Positions 1 to 10,100 of a stretch of DNA of 32,000 bases are shown here, one piece after another (position 1 is the stretch's first letter; each line of letters opens with the position of its first letter). The notes beneath the pieces are model-generated. The model searched no databases. It saw nothing but the letters and a program-made list of their open reading frames with translations, and was not told where the DNA came from. The translations under genes and the position numbers were made by a program. The stretch is taken from positions 2,529-34,528 of the forward strand of contig DBQN01000065.1 of assembly GCA_002305255.1 (NCBI GenBank), read 5' to 3'. Source of the stretch: Firmicutes bacterium UBA1393. GTDB lineage: Bacteria; Bacillota; DTU025.

Positions 1-336
1 ATGACACGATCGCACGAGCTTCCAGACGGGCGCGGATCGCCTTGTCACCGGCCACTGCAGCAACTGCGGCAACCGAGACAACTGCGGCATCAGCCTCTTC
101 CACGCCGAGCGCTGCGCCGGGCTCTCTGTCGCCCTCGGCTCCCCGCCCTGCCATCGCCCTACCACTCTGGCCGCGGCCTCAGCGGCCCAAGCCGCGTGGG
201 ATGCAGGCAGCGGACTAGTGAGCACTGCCATGTCGCAGCGGGCTGCGAGGTTCATGTATCTCCAGGCCGCCTCGGGGTCGGCAGCCACGTGAACCGACAC
301 CCGATCAGGCTCGATCAACAAGAAGACATGGAACAT
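1..336 (-). CDS. Partial uncharacterised CDS running off the left edge (MFHVFLLIEPDRVSVHVAADPEAAWRYMNLAARCDMAVL...)
   Basis: Manual minus-strand translation is open from ATG at 336 to base 1 (112 codons). GGAGG lies 6 nt upstream of the ATG. It is colinear with recD2. No family recognised. Confidence 0.5.
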   Translation of the reverse strand, partial: MFHVFLLIEPDRVSVHVAADPEAAWRYMNLAARCDMAVLTSPLPASHAAWAAEAAARVVGRWQGGEPRATESPAQRSAWKRLMPQLSRLPQLLQWPVTRRSAPVWKLVRSCH

Positions 337-442
337 GGACTGCCTCCATCATGGCGTCGTTGTTGCGATTCGCCAGTTGGCTGCATATCCCTGCCATGTC
401 CGCCATAATCATACTGCTGGCTAGCCCCGGCTAGCTCTTGCC

Positions 443-2755
443 TTAGCCCTTCTCGGTGTCGGCCTCCTGAAGTCGTCGCGCCAGGCGAGTCCGCCTCTGC
501 CCTACCTCGGCTCTGCGGATGGCTATGGCAAGCGCCTTCTTTGTGCCTACCATCACTACCATGCGCTTGGCCCTGGTGACGGCGGTGTAGATGAGGTTCC
601 TCTGAAGCATCACGAAGTGCTGAGTCGAAACCGGAACGACTATCGCCGCGTACTCGCTTCCCTGGCTCTTGTGGACTGACACGCAATACGCCATCACGAG
701 CTCGTCAAGGTCGCCCTGGTCGTAGATCACATCTCTGTCGCCTTCCGGATCACTGAATCTCACTCTGATCTGGCACTCTTCGGGGTCTACCCATACGACT
801 CGACCCACGTCGCCGTTCCACACTCTGCGCTCATAGTTGTTGCGCACCTGCATGACCTTGTCGCCGCGCCGGAACGCTCCACCTCCGCCCCTCAGCTCCG
901 GGGCACCGGCGCGCGGCGGGTTAAGAGCCTCCCGCAACAGCACGTTGAGGTTGTCCACTCCGGTCAGCGACCGTCTCATGGGAGAGAGCACCTGGATGTC
1001 GTCGACCGGATCACACTGGAGCCTGCGAGGCAGTCGCTGAGCTACCATGTTGACCACTGCCGCGGCCGCGCGTTCAGGATCAGGCTCCTCCACGAAGACG
1101 AAGTCCTGCGCTCCGCGGAATTCCGGGAACTCGCCCCTGTTGATCCTGTGCGCGTTGGTCACAATCATGCTGCCCGCAGCCTGCCTGAACACCTCGTCGA
1201 GGTTGACGACAGGCACCACACCGGAGGCGATTATGTCACGTAGTACGTTTCCGGCCCCCACCGAGGGGAGCTGGTCGGCATCGCCCACCAAGAGCAGCCT
1301 GCAGCCCGGCTTTATCGCCTTGAGTAGGTTGTACATGAGGATGATGTCTATCATCGACACCTCATCGACAACCACGGCATCGCATTCCAGCGGGTTAGAC
1401 GGCCCGCGCCCGAAGCGCCAGCCTTCTTCGCCCGGCTCGAACTCAAGTAGCCTGTGGATTGTGCGAGACCGCCTGCCCGTGGCCTCAGCCATCCGCTTGG
1501 CGGCCCTGCCTGTGGGCGCAGCCAGCTGCACTTTCATCTTTCTAGCCTCTAACAAGTCCATGAGCACCCTGAGGGTTGTAGTCTTTCCGGTGCCCGGTCC
1601 GCCCGTCAAGACCATCACGCCTGACACGAAGGCGCGTTCTATCGCCTCGCGCTGAGCCCGCCCGAGCCTGATCCCTGCTGATGCCTGCACGGCATCGAGA
1701 CTCTCGCTGTCTACCTTGTCTAGCTGCCACATCCGTGCGTGCGCCAGCTCTGTGAGGCGAGCGGACACGCCGCGCTCTGCGTGGAAGAATGGAGCCAGGT
1801 ACACTGCATCGTCTTCCACGAACACGTGTCCCTGGCCTTTCAGAGCTTCGATGGCGTCTTCGACGCGCGCGGCGTCCACCTTGAGTTCCTGGGCAACAGC
1901 CGCCACCACATCCGCCCTTGGCTGATAGCAGTGGCCCTCGTCCGCACAGCGGCTCAGCCAGTATTTCACGGCCGATGCCGCACGGTGAGGCGAATCCGGC
2001 GCGATGCCTACCTCGCGCGCGATCTTGTCAGCAGTGCGGAAACCGATGCCCGGCACGTCGTCGGCCAACTGGTAGGGGTTGCGGCTAACGACATCGATGG
2101 ATCTGTCGCCATAGCGGCGGAATATCCTAGCAGCGTAGGCTGGGCTTACTCCATGCGACTGCAGGAACACCATGACCTGCTGCACCGCCCGATGCTCCTC
2201 CACAGCACGCCTGATTCTCTCGGCCTTCTTGGGCCCCACGCCCGCCACACTGAGCAGCGCCTCAGGGCGCTGCTCGATGACGGCCAGCGTATCAAGGCCA
2301 AACGCCTTCACCAAGCTCCTGGCCGTGGCGGGGCCTATGCCCTTGATCAGGCCAGATCCCAGATACTTCTCGATACCGACCAACGTGGCCGGGGCGATGG
2401 TCTCGACCTGCTCCACCTTGAGCTGTTTGCCGTAGGTCTTGTGGCTGACCCATGTGCCATGGATCCTGACGGCCTGTCCCACCACTGCTGTTGGCATGGA
2501 TCCGACAGCAGTGATCTCACGGCCGTCTCTGCAGGTCACCCGCGCGACCGTGTACATCGTGTCATCATTGCGGAACGTCACTCGCTCGATGACGCCTTCC
2601 ACCGTGTCCAGCCTGGCCACCTCGCCTTCGCCCTCAACCGCCCTCGACCACCCCGAACCGCCCTCAGCCCTCGTTAGGCGCCTGTCGTACGCCGTTGGGC
2701 GCCTCAGGCCTACATGAGCGCCCTGACCCTGTCGGCTGCGTCGAGCCTCTCCCAT
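443..2755 (-). CDS. recD2: ATP-dependent helicase RecD2/TraA family (true start probably downstream of 2755, since the annotated 5' end overlaps metK)
   Basis: Walker [25 protein letters not shown] Walker [14 protein letters not shown] and C-terminal VHKSQGSEY...[11 protein letters not shown] motifs; helix-hairpin-helix N-terminal region ([13 protein letters not shown]). Confidence 0.93.
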   Translation of the reverse strand: MGEARRSRQGQGAHVGLRRPTAYDRRLTRAEGGSGWSRAVEGEGEVARLDTVEGVIERVTFRNDDTMYTVARVTCRDGREITAVGSMPTAVVGQAVRIHGTWVSHKTYGKQLKVEQVETIAPATLVGIEKYLGSGLIKGIGPATARSLVKAFGLDTLAVIEQRPEALLSVAGVGPKKAERIRRAVEEHRAVQQVMVFLQSHGVSPAYAARIFRRYGDRSIDVVSRNPYQLADDVPGIGFRTADKIAREVGIAPDSPHRAASAVKYWLSRCADEGHCYQPRADVVAAVAQELKVDAARVEDAIEALKGQGHVFVEDDAVYLAPFFHAERGVSARLTELAHARMWQLDKVDSESLDAVQASAGIRLGRAQREAIERAFVSGVMVLTGGPGTGKTTTLRVLMDLLEARKMKVQLAAPTGRAAKRMAEATGRRSRTIHRLLEFEPGEEGWRFGRGPSNPLECDAVVVDEVSMIDIILMYNLLKAIKPGCRLLLVGDADQLPSVGAGNVLRDIIASGVVPVVNLDEVFRQAAGSMIVTNAHRINRGEFPEFRGAQDFVFVEEPDPERAAAAVVNMVAQRLPRRLQCDPVDDIQVLSPMRRSLTGVDNLNVLLREALNPPRAGAPELRGGGGAFRRGDKVMQVRNNYERRVWNGDVGRVVWVDPEECQIRVRFSDPEGDRDVIYDQGDLDELVMAYCVSVHKSQGSEYAAIVVPVSTQHFVMLQRNLIYTAVTRAKRMVVMVGTKKALAIAIRRAEVGQRRTRLARRLQEADTEKG

Positions 2756-3903
2756 GGCAGGTCAAGGTCGGGCCGTCCGAAATGACCGTACACCGACACC
2801 TGCTTGTAGATGGGCCTTCTGAGCTGGAACCTGTCGATGATAGCAGCCGGACGTAGGTCAAAGGCCTTGCCCACTATCTCAACGATCCTTGCCTCAGGCA
2901 CTGTGCCTGTGCCGAAGGTGTCAACGGCAATTGCCACCGGGCGCGCCACGCCGATGGCGTATGCCACCTGCACCTCGCACTTCGACGCCACACCGGCGGC
3001 CACCAGGTTCTTGGCCACGTGCCTTGCCGCATAGGCCCCCGAGCGGTCGACCTTGGTCGCATCCTTGCCCGACAACGCCCCTCCTCCATGCCTGCACATG
3101 CCGCCGTATGTATCCACGATCAGCTTGCGGCCTGTCAGGCCTGAATCAGCCGCGGGGCCACCCTTTTCAAACCTGCCGCTCGGATTCACCAGGATGCGCG
3201 GAGGTGCGCCCTTCACGTAGTCTGACACAACGGGCATGATCACGCGCTCGGTGATGTCGGCCGCCATCTGCTCAAGATCGACATTGGGGTCGTGTTGTGC
3301 CGACACAACCACGGTGTTTACGCGCACAGGGCGACCGTCTTCGTACTCTACAGTGACCTGAGTCTTGCCGTCGGGACGAAGGTAACCCAGGGTGCCGTCC
3401 TTTCTTACAGTCGCCATGCGCATGGCCATCCTGTGCGCAAGCGTAATAGGCAACGGCATGAGCTCAGGGGTTTCGGTACTCGCATAGCCGAACACCATCC
3501 CCTGGTCGCCCGCGCCCACCATGTCGTAAGCATCGCACGTCGGCCCGGCGCAACCTTGCCGCACCTCAAGCGACGTGTCGACAGCAGCCTGGATATCTGT
3601 CGACTGGCTGCCTATGGCCGTGATGACGCCGCATGTGTCTCCGTCGAATCCGAACTTGGCTCTGGTATAGCCAATCTCTTTCACGGTGGCCCTGACGATA
3701 TCCGGGATCTCCACATACTCGCAGCACGTGAGTTCACCCATCACCAGCACGAGCCCTGTTGTGGCACACACCTCACACGCCACTCGAGCTTTCGGATCCA
3801 GCTTCAGCAGCTCGTCAAGGATGGCATCGGCTACCTGGTCACAAACCTTGTCGGGATGCCCCTCGGTGACCGACTCTGACGTAAAAAGGCTCTTTGCGCT
3901 CAC
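2710..3903 (-). CDS. metK: S-adenosylmethionine synthetase
   Basis: [27 protein letters not shown] and [26 protein letters not shown] signatures. GTG start at 3903 preferred over ATG at 3918 because GGAGG lies 7 nt upstream of the GTG. Confidence 0.95.
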   Translation of the reverse strand: MSAKSLFTSESVTEGHPDKVCDQVADAILDELLKLDPKARVACEVCATTGLVLVMGELTCCEYVEIPDIVRATVKEIGYTRAKFGFDGDTCGVITAIGSQSTDIQAAVDTSLEVRQGCAGPTCDAYDMVGAGDQGMVFGYASTETPELMPLPITLAHRMAMRMATVRKDGTLGYLRPDGKTQVTVEYEDGRPVRVNTVVVSAQHDPNVDLEQMAADITERVIMPVVSDYVKGAPPRILVNPSGRFEKGGPAADSGLTGRKLIVDTYGGMCRHGGGALSGKDATKVDRSGAYAARHVAKNLVAAGVASKCEVQVAYAIGVARPVAIAVDTFGTGTVPEARIVEIVGKAFDLRPAAIIDRFQLRRPIYKQVSVYGHFGRPDLDLPWERLDAADRVRALM

Positions 3904-3922
3904 AAGACCGCCCTCCATCTGT

Positions 3923-3950
3923 CATATACACTTACCTAATGTTACTACAA
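3923..3950 (-). promoter_or_regulatory. Candidate sigma-A-type promoter for metK (TTGTAG-N16-TATATG)
   Basis: Minus strand: -35-like TTGTAG at 3945-3950, 16-nt spacer, -10-like TATATG at 3923-3928, with a short leader before the RBS. Confidence 0.4.
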
Positions 3951-4134
3951 AACCATGGCAACCGCACTCGTCGGCACATACGCCTCAGCGCAGCGCCCAC
4001 GGCGGTGGCGCCAAGCACCCCGTTGTACAGAAAGGAACGGCGCACATCTGCCGGATAGACAGCATGCGCCAGCCCCTCATCAGCTATTTGAACTAGACTG
4101 TGCCCCGCTGACCGGTCTCCTCGCTACTCCCTCG

Positions 4135-5067
4135 CTAGTTCGCGGCGGCCGCCTGCAGTGTGAGACCGAGCACCTTGGCAGACTGCATCACCGAGAGGAA
4201 CAGAGGAGTGCCCGCCTCCAGCTCGAGCTCGGGATTGGGGCTGAGGAAGCCTCCATCCTTGCCTATCACTGCGAACCTGCGGAGGCTGTCACTGGCTGCT
4301 ACCGTAGCCGCCACGTTGGCCGCGATGGCCGCAGTGTCGACTCCCAGGGTCACCGGAACTGAGTCCATGCCCTCGATGGTCGAGATCTCAACATCGACTC
4401 TGGCCTTCACGCCAGTCTTGGTCGGGCGGACGTTGTCGAGTACCCTGCCCATGACCACCGTGCCCTTTGGCACTACCAGGCGTCCTTCAGCCACGACATC
4501 CTCCATCACGACGAGGCGCACAGCATCGCCCGGACGCGACTTAGATGAGCTGAGCCCTGACTCTATTGCCAATTTGACGAGGGCGCCTTTAGGGAGCAAA
4601 GCGTAGTCCACGTTGGGCTTGCCTCCCGGGATCGTCAGGCTCATCAGCACGTCAAGACGCTGGCCTATGGAGCCCGATCCTCCCGTCCCTAGGATCCTGA
4701 GTTCCGCGTCATCGAGGGCAGGCACTATGGGCCTGTCGACGATGCTTCCGAACACGCTCCACTGTACCGCCTTGAGCTTGAACTTGAGGTTCATGCCGCC
4801 GGCGCGGTCACCCTGGACGAAGTTCCAGCACTGCTCCATCCTCTCGGGAAGGGTACCGGTACCTACCTTCCCGAACACAAGACGCTCTATGATCTCAAGC
4901 CTGTTGACTACCGCACCCTCTTGAATCGACCCGAAAAGCACCTGTTCCATGCCTACAAGTCGCTCAATGGGGCTGACCTGAGCGGCAACATTCATGCCGA
5001 GAGACACGAGTACCACGAGAAGGCAGGACAGAGCCGCTGCCGCGATGTGTGGGAATCCCCTGCGCAT
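4135..5067 (-). CDS. Exported protein of unknown function with repeated (M/I)E(Q/R)(V/L)LFG-type segments
   Basis: N-terminal signal peptide (MRRGFPHIAAAALSCLLVVLVSLGMNVAAQ) and short repeats (MEQVLFGSIQEGAVVNRLE / IERLVFGKVGTGTLPERME). Continuous ORF colinear with neighbours. Confidence 0.75.
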   Translation of the reverse strand: MRRGFPHIAAAALSCLLVVLVSLGMNVAAQVSPIERLVGMEQVLFGSIQEGAVVNRLEIIERLVFGKVGTGTLPERMEQCWNFVQGDRAGGMNLKFKLKAVQWSVFGSIVDRPIVPALDDAELRILGTGGSGSIGQRLDVLMSLTIPGGKPNVDYALLPKGALVKLAIESGLSSSKSRPGDAVRLVVMEDVVAEGRLVVPKGTVVMGRVLDNVRPTKTGVKARVDVEISTIEGMDSVPVTLGVDTAAIAANVAATVAASDSLRRFAVIGKDGGFLSPNPELELEAGTPLFLSVMQSAKVLGLTLQAAAAN

Positions 5068-5102
5068 TCAACTACCTCCCAGTGAGCCACGGGCCTTAGG
5101 CC

Positions 5103-6581
5103 TCAGAATCTGATGGTGACCTCGGCCGTAGCAAGGTTCTTTGGCGTTTCGGATGAACCGACTTCCGAGAAATCGATAAGCTTGTAGCCGAGCAAGAGCG
5201 CGGTATCACCCATGAGTTTGTATCCGAAGTCAATTGATGTCACTGTGCGGGTTGCGTCAGCTCCCGACAGGCGGAGGGGTTCGTCGCTGGGCCAGCCGCC
5301 GAGCCCACCCCCGTCGTAGGCGTCGGACTTGGTCCATACCGCCCCGGAGGCGATCAAGTCACGCATGCGCTCGTACCTGTAGCCTGCCTGTAGAAATGCC
5401 GCATCGCCCAACAGGAGTTTGTAATCGATGACCAACGATGCCGTCGTCTGCAGGCTATCCCTCGACGCAGCGGAGCTTGCGCCCCTCTCATACAGCTCGT
5501 AGCCGGCCCTTACCGTCAGGGAGTCACCTGCCACTACGTTGCCGGTGATATCGGGCAGGGAGTATTTCACGTCGACCGACGTGACCGTTTCTTTCACGGC
5601 CTTGCCCGGTTCTGAGGCGGCCTCAGTCACCCTGGTTCCTACCGCGAAGCCGGCTTCATCTCGGTCACCTACGCGGACGCCCACTGCCGCAGACGTCTCA
5701 CGGTTGGACACGGCCTCATCAGTGAAGAAGGCAGCAGACACCTTCAGGATGTCGGCCAGATGCACGTTGGTGGATAGATCGAACCCGCTGCTCTCTGTCT
5801 TCGTAGGGGTCGCGGTCTCCTCGGGCGGGTCAGGCTTTGCCGGCCGTCTCGCCGCCTGGCTCGACAGAGCTACTGCCACGTTGCCTATGGGAGCGGGCAA
5901 CCCCAACTCGAATTGGGGATCAGGCAACGGGGCGGGCGGCTTCACACCCGATGAGAGCTGCGTAAGTATGCGCTCGATATCGCCTACTCCAGCGGCACCG
6001 GGCAACGGTGTCGATGCCGACGCTGCCGCAGTCACAGGCTGCTGTGCGCTGCCGTTTTGAGCGGGTTCCGATGGCACCAACGACAACACCAGGGCCGGCC
6101 CGCCGTTGGCGAGGGCGGCCGTCGACAGATCGAGACGCACCGAGACCGGAGTTCCGAAGCTCTGCCCGAACTCTTGAACCAAACCTGCTAGCAGCGCTGC
6201 CTGGCGCGGCGATACCGAAAGCACGCCGCCGGGGTTGTCATCCAGCCGAAGCGGGCCCTGACCCCCATCACCGTCTTGAGTCATGACCTGAATCACTCTA
6301 GTGACACCCGGGCCACCGATGCGGAGCACTGTGCGCTCGACACTGCTGGTCATCTGCTCGATCGACACGGGGTTGCCTCCGGTGTACAACGTTGCATCGT
6401 CAAGCTCCAACAGACCGCTGAGGCCGAGCTCACGGAGGGCATCGTAGCGCCAGTCGCCGGGATTCACAGGAGCTGACGCGGCGCCGCCTGCGATCACGGC
6501 GCAGGAAACCGATGCAACAACCGCAAGCGCCAAGGCTAACACCACCGCCAGCCCGAACTTGCTGCTGACCTTCGATAACAT
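5103..6581 (-). CDS. Putative outer-membrane beta-barrel protein of unknown function
   Basis: Start at 6581 supported by upstream GGAGGTGA. Signal peptide-like MLSKVSSKFGLAVVLALALAVVASVSCAVIAGG; alternating amphipathic strands in the C-terminal half; terminal residue Phe (ATAEVTIRF). Confidence 0.7.
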   Translation of the reverse strand: MLSKVSSKFGLAVVLALALAVVASVSCAVIAGGAASAPVNPGDWRYDALRELGLSGLLELDDATLYTGGNPVSIEQMTSSVERTVLRIGGPGVTRVIQVMTQDGDGGQGPLRLDDNPGGVLSVSPRQAALLAGLVQEFGQSFGTPVSVRLDLSTAALANGGPALVLSLVPSEPAQNGSAQQPVTAAASASTPLPGAAGVGDIERILTQLSSGVKPPAPLPDPQFELGLPAPIGNVAVALSSQAARRPAKPDPPEETATPTKTESSGFDLSTNVHLADILKVSAAFFTDEAVSNRETSAAVGVRVGDRDEAGFAVGTRVTEAASEPGKAVKETVTSVDVKYSLPDITGNVVAGDSLTVRAGYELYERGASSAASRDSLQTTASLVIDYKLLLGDAAFLQAGYRYERMRDLIASGAVWTKSDAYDGGGLGGWPSDEPLRLSGADATRTVTSIDFGYKLMGDTALLLGYKLIDFSEVGSSETPKNLATAEVTIRF

Positions 6582-6642
6582 TCGGCGTCCGTCACCTCCG
6601 TTCATCGATTTATGTACCCAGCTATATTCTCCGCATGATGCC

Positions 6643-7056
6643 CTATTCCTGCCCGCCGCGCCGTTGAGCGAAGTACCGAGTGGCCAAAACCTCGGCAACG
6701 TAGTCATCGAAAGGCCGGTCAGGGCTGCGGAGACCGGGAGGAAGGAACCGCGCAATGCCCCTTCCGGGGTTCTCCCTGAGATACCGTTCCCTTCCCTCCA
6801 TGGAAGAGCGATGCTCGTCCACCGTGACCACCGGAACACTGGTGACTTCTCTGAGGCGGCATAGGGTGTCGACACAGGCAGTCCTGTCGCCCACGACTAT
6901 CGTAGTTACCGCGTGTGTCGACATGATGCGGCGTGCGGAGTCGGCAAGCGCAGCAGCAGGCTCAACGCGTCGCGCCAGGAGCCCCCGTGTTGAGCTGACA
7001 ACCGCCATGCCCACCTTGTCCCTTCCGGGGTCGATCGCGAGAACGATCTCTTCTAT
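6643..7056 (-). CDS. YqgF/RuvX (RNase H-fold) family protein, probably initiating upstream of the first ATG
   Basis: Translation upstream of the ATG at 7014 gives EEIVLAIDPGRDKVGMAVVSS, matching the IDPGxxxxGxAV motif. The frame is open back to a TGA just upstream of 7056. Confidence 0.55.
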   Translation of the reverse strand: MEEIVLAIDPGRDKVGMAVVSSTRGLLARRVEPAAALADSARRIMSTHAVTTIVVGDRTACVDTLCRLREVTSVPVVTVDEHRSSMEGRERYLRENPGRGIARFLPPGLRSPDRPFDDYVAEVLATRYFAQRRGGQE

Positions 7057-7081
7057 CGTTGATCACTCCCCAGTGATGCAA

Positions 7082-7113
7082 ATGCCCCGGAGAGCCGTGG
7101 CTCTCCGGGGCAT
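7082..7113 (-). terminator. Perfect 15-bp inverted repeat (ATGCCCCGGAGAGCC / GGCTCTCCGGGGCAT), probable transcription terminator of the SLH-barrel gene
   Basis: Arms 7082-7096 and 7099-7113, 14 nt past the stop at 7128. Minus-strand 3' side reads ...GGGGCATTTGC, a weak T-tract. Confidence 0.7.
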
Positions 7114-7127
7114 CGTGAGTCCACCGG

Positions 7128-10100
7128 CTAGAACGTGGTCTTCAGAGACAGACCGGCTACGCGCACACCATAGTCGTCAGGTCCACCAGCAGCATACAGC
7201 ACGTTCTTGATGTCGTACTTCAGCGTGAGGCTGGTGTTCTTGTAGAACTTGTGGTTCAGCGCGGCGCCGAACTGCAGGTACTCGCCTGACGGATGCACCG
7301 CCGTCGGAGTCTCGTACGCGCGCGACTCGTAGGACGCGGTTCCGCTCAGCGTGGTGTCAGGACTGAGGTTGAACGTCAGGCCACCGGCCAGTGCCAGACG
7401 AGTCAGGTCGTTGAACTCCTCGTCGTAGCTGGCATGGCTTGTGGGCACGTCGTGAGTCACATCGTAGCCAGCTTCAGCAGTGAGGGTGAGCCTATCCTCG
7501 ATAAGCGGCATGGCCATGTTCAGGCCAGCGCCCCAGATCTGCCACGTCTCAGCGCCGAAGCTCTGCTCCCAACCGCCGCGGAGCTTCAGAGTGTCGCCGC
7601 CGATAGGCGCATCGAGCTTGACATATCCGATGTAGGACATGGCGGGCTCCCAGCTGTCTTCGAAGTGGTTCTTCCAGGTGAAGCCAGCCGATACCGGCAT
7701 GTACTTCAGGTCGAAGCCCAGCTTCGCGACGCCTTCATTCTCCCAGTCCACGATGAACGCGTCGTAGTTGTAGGTTGCGTCAGCGCGGAGGGTCAGCCCG
7801 ATGCCGAGCAGTTGGGCATTGTACTTCACCCCGCCGCCGACCGTTGCGACGTCCTTGGATGCGAAGTCAGCATCACCCTTACGCTGTACCAGACCATTGA
7901 CGACGAACCCGCCGATCGAGTCGGTGACCAGCGTGAGCTTGCTCACCCTGGTATCGGGGGACACGCGGTCGGGATCGCTGCTGGACGTACCGCGGTAGGA
8001 AGGCGCATAGCCCTCGTCCACCTGGACGTGCGACGCCGCGATGTTAACCACGCCGAGCTTGCCGCCGATAGAGAGGTCTCTCGCATACACGAACTCGGTG
8101 GGTTCAGTGCTGAGGAGCTTGCTGTCAAACGCCGACAGCTCTCCACGGGCGCTCCAGGTGTCACTGAGCTTCAGCGATACGTCGGCACCGATGAGGCTCT
8201 CATCCGGATCGTCGCCGCTCGTGTCCTGTGACGGCTCGTCATGCACCTTCACCATGGCGCGCGCGCCAACGGTGATAGCCTCGGTGAGCTGCAACGTTCC
8301 AGCGGCGCCAGCGATGTGCATGTACTCGTAGGTGCTGGCATCGTTGCTGCCGTGCCCGACCTTGGCCACGAAGCCGCTGAGGTCAAGCTTGCCGGCATCA
8401 TGTGTCAACGCAATGCCCTCGATGGCCTTGCTGTTCCATACCTTGGCGCTGGCCTGGTACTTGGTCAGCCCGGCCGGACGAGCGAGCTCGCCAGCGAGGA
8501 TCGTCGTGACACTGTTCGGCGTCACGATGCTCATGTCGAGATCCAGCTTGGGCAGGACGCTGCTTGTGTCGGCAACTCCGAACACATCGGAGAGCAGACC
8601 TATCTGAGCTGTCACCGTAACGCCCGGATCAGGCTGGATGTTGAGCGTCAGCTTCAACTCGTTCTGCATGATAGAAGAGGGTATATACAGATCGTCGTCA
8701 TCGGGATCCGCTACCCTGTTGAACGGGTTCTTGTAGAGATCCGACACCGGAGCACCGGATATCTGCGACATCGCGTTGATATCCTCGAACCTCACCTCGT
8801 TAGAGCCAGTGAGCTTCACGCGGTTCAGCTCGGTCCAGAGGTTGCCGATGCTCGTCTTGTTGGTCGCGATATCAGCCTGCGCGATCTCGGTGTCCCTCTC
8901 CAGCTTGCGCACGCGCTGGGTGATGGGGGCGATCTCCTCGGTTCTGATCGCCGCTATGTCGCGGGCGTTCTGGTCGGCCTTGGCCTCGACCACAGCCAGC
9001 TGAGCCTCGAGATTCGAAACCCGGGCGCTCAATGCGTTGAGTTCCTTCTGGTACTCATCCTTGAGTGCAGCGATGGACGCGACCACCAAGTCGATGCGCG
9101 CTTCGAGATCCTCGCGCAGGGCGATCATGGAGTCGTAGAAGCCCATCTGCATCTCCGCCTTGAGCTGCAACAGGTCGAGATCATGCTGCTCGGCCAGGGC
9201 CTCGAGGGCTCTCTGCCATGCGTCTCTCTCGGCCGCGATGGAGTCGAGGAAGCTCACCTGGAGCTCTGCCCTGAGCTGAGCCAGATCGAGGTCGTGTTTC
9301 TCAGCAAAGGCCTGAAGCGCTCTCTCGCGGGCGTCCCTCTCGGCCGCGATGGAATCATAGAAGCTCATCATGAGTTCGGCCTTCTGCTGAAGCAGGGCTA
9401 CCTCCCAAGTGGCTTCCATGTCGTCGAGCCTCGCGTCGTACGCCGCCTTCATCTCATTGACGGAAGCGGTGTGCATCTCGAGGATCTCGTTACTCTGCGC
9501 CCTAAGCGCGGCCACGAGCTTCTGGTTGAGTTCGTCGGCGGTGGCTGCATTGGCTGCATTGAACTGAGCGATCAATTCAGCCTTCTGTTCGGCCAGGGCC
9601 TGGTCGAAACGCGCCTGGAGCTCGTTGTATCTTGCGTTGAGCTGACTGGTGGAGTTGACCAGCCTCATGTCGATATCGTTGAGCTTGCCGTCGACAACCA
9701 GGGCGGAATCGGCCATCTGGTTGTACACATTGCCGAACCTGGCGTTCGTTTCGGCAGACGACTGAGCCGCCTCGGCCTCAATCTGCGCAAACCGGGCGTC
9801 AACTCCGGCGGCATAGGCCTCGAACTTGCGGTCGACTTCGTCGCGATATGCGTTGAGCGACTCGCGCGCAGCATTGATAATCGCCATGCTGCTGTCGTCA
9901 ATAGCCTTGACCAGCATATCATCGTGACGGGCATCGATAGCAGCGATGATTGCCGCTTCCCTGTCAGCGATGGCCTTCTCAAGGTCAGCCCTGAGGTTGG
10001 CCAGCAGGATGTCGCGGTCAACGTTCGATGCGATAATCGAGTCGTAGAACGCCATCATCACTTCGGCCTTCTGCTGGAGCAGGGCCAACTCGATCTTGGA

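Noticed and set aside
315-686. 123-aa minus-strand ORF overlapping the recD2 3' end
   Set aside because: Alternative frame of recD2 with biased G/R/H composition.
1739-2677. 312-aa plus-strand ORF opposite recD2
   Set aside because: Antisense to strongly supported recD2 coding sequence; high GC suppresses stop codons.
7293-8231. 312-aa plus-strand ORF
   Set aside because: Antisense shadow of the barrel domain of the SLH protein; no family features.
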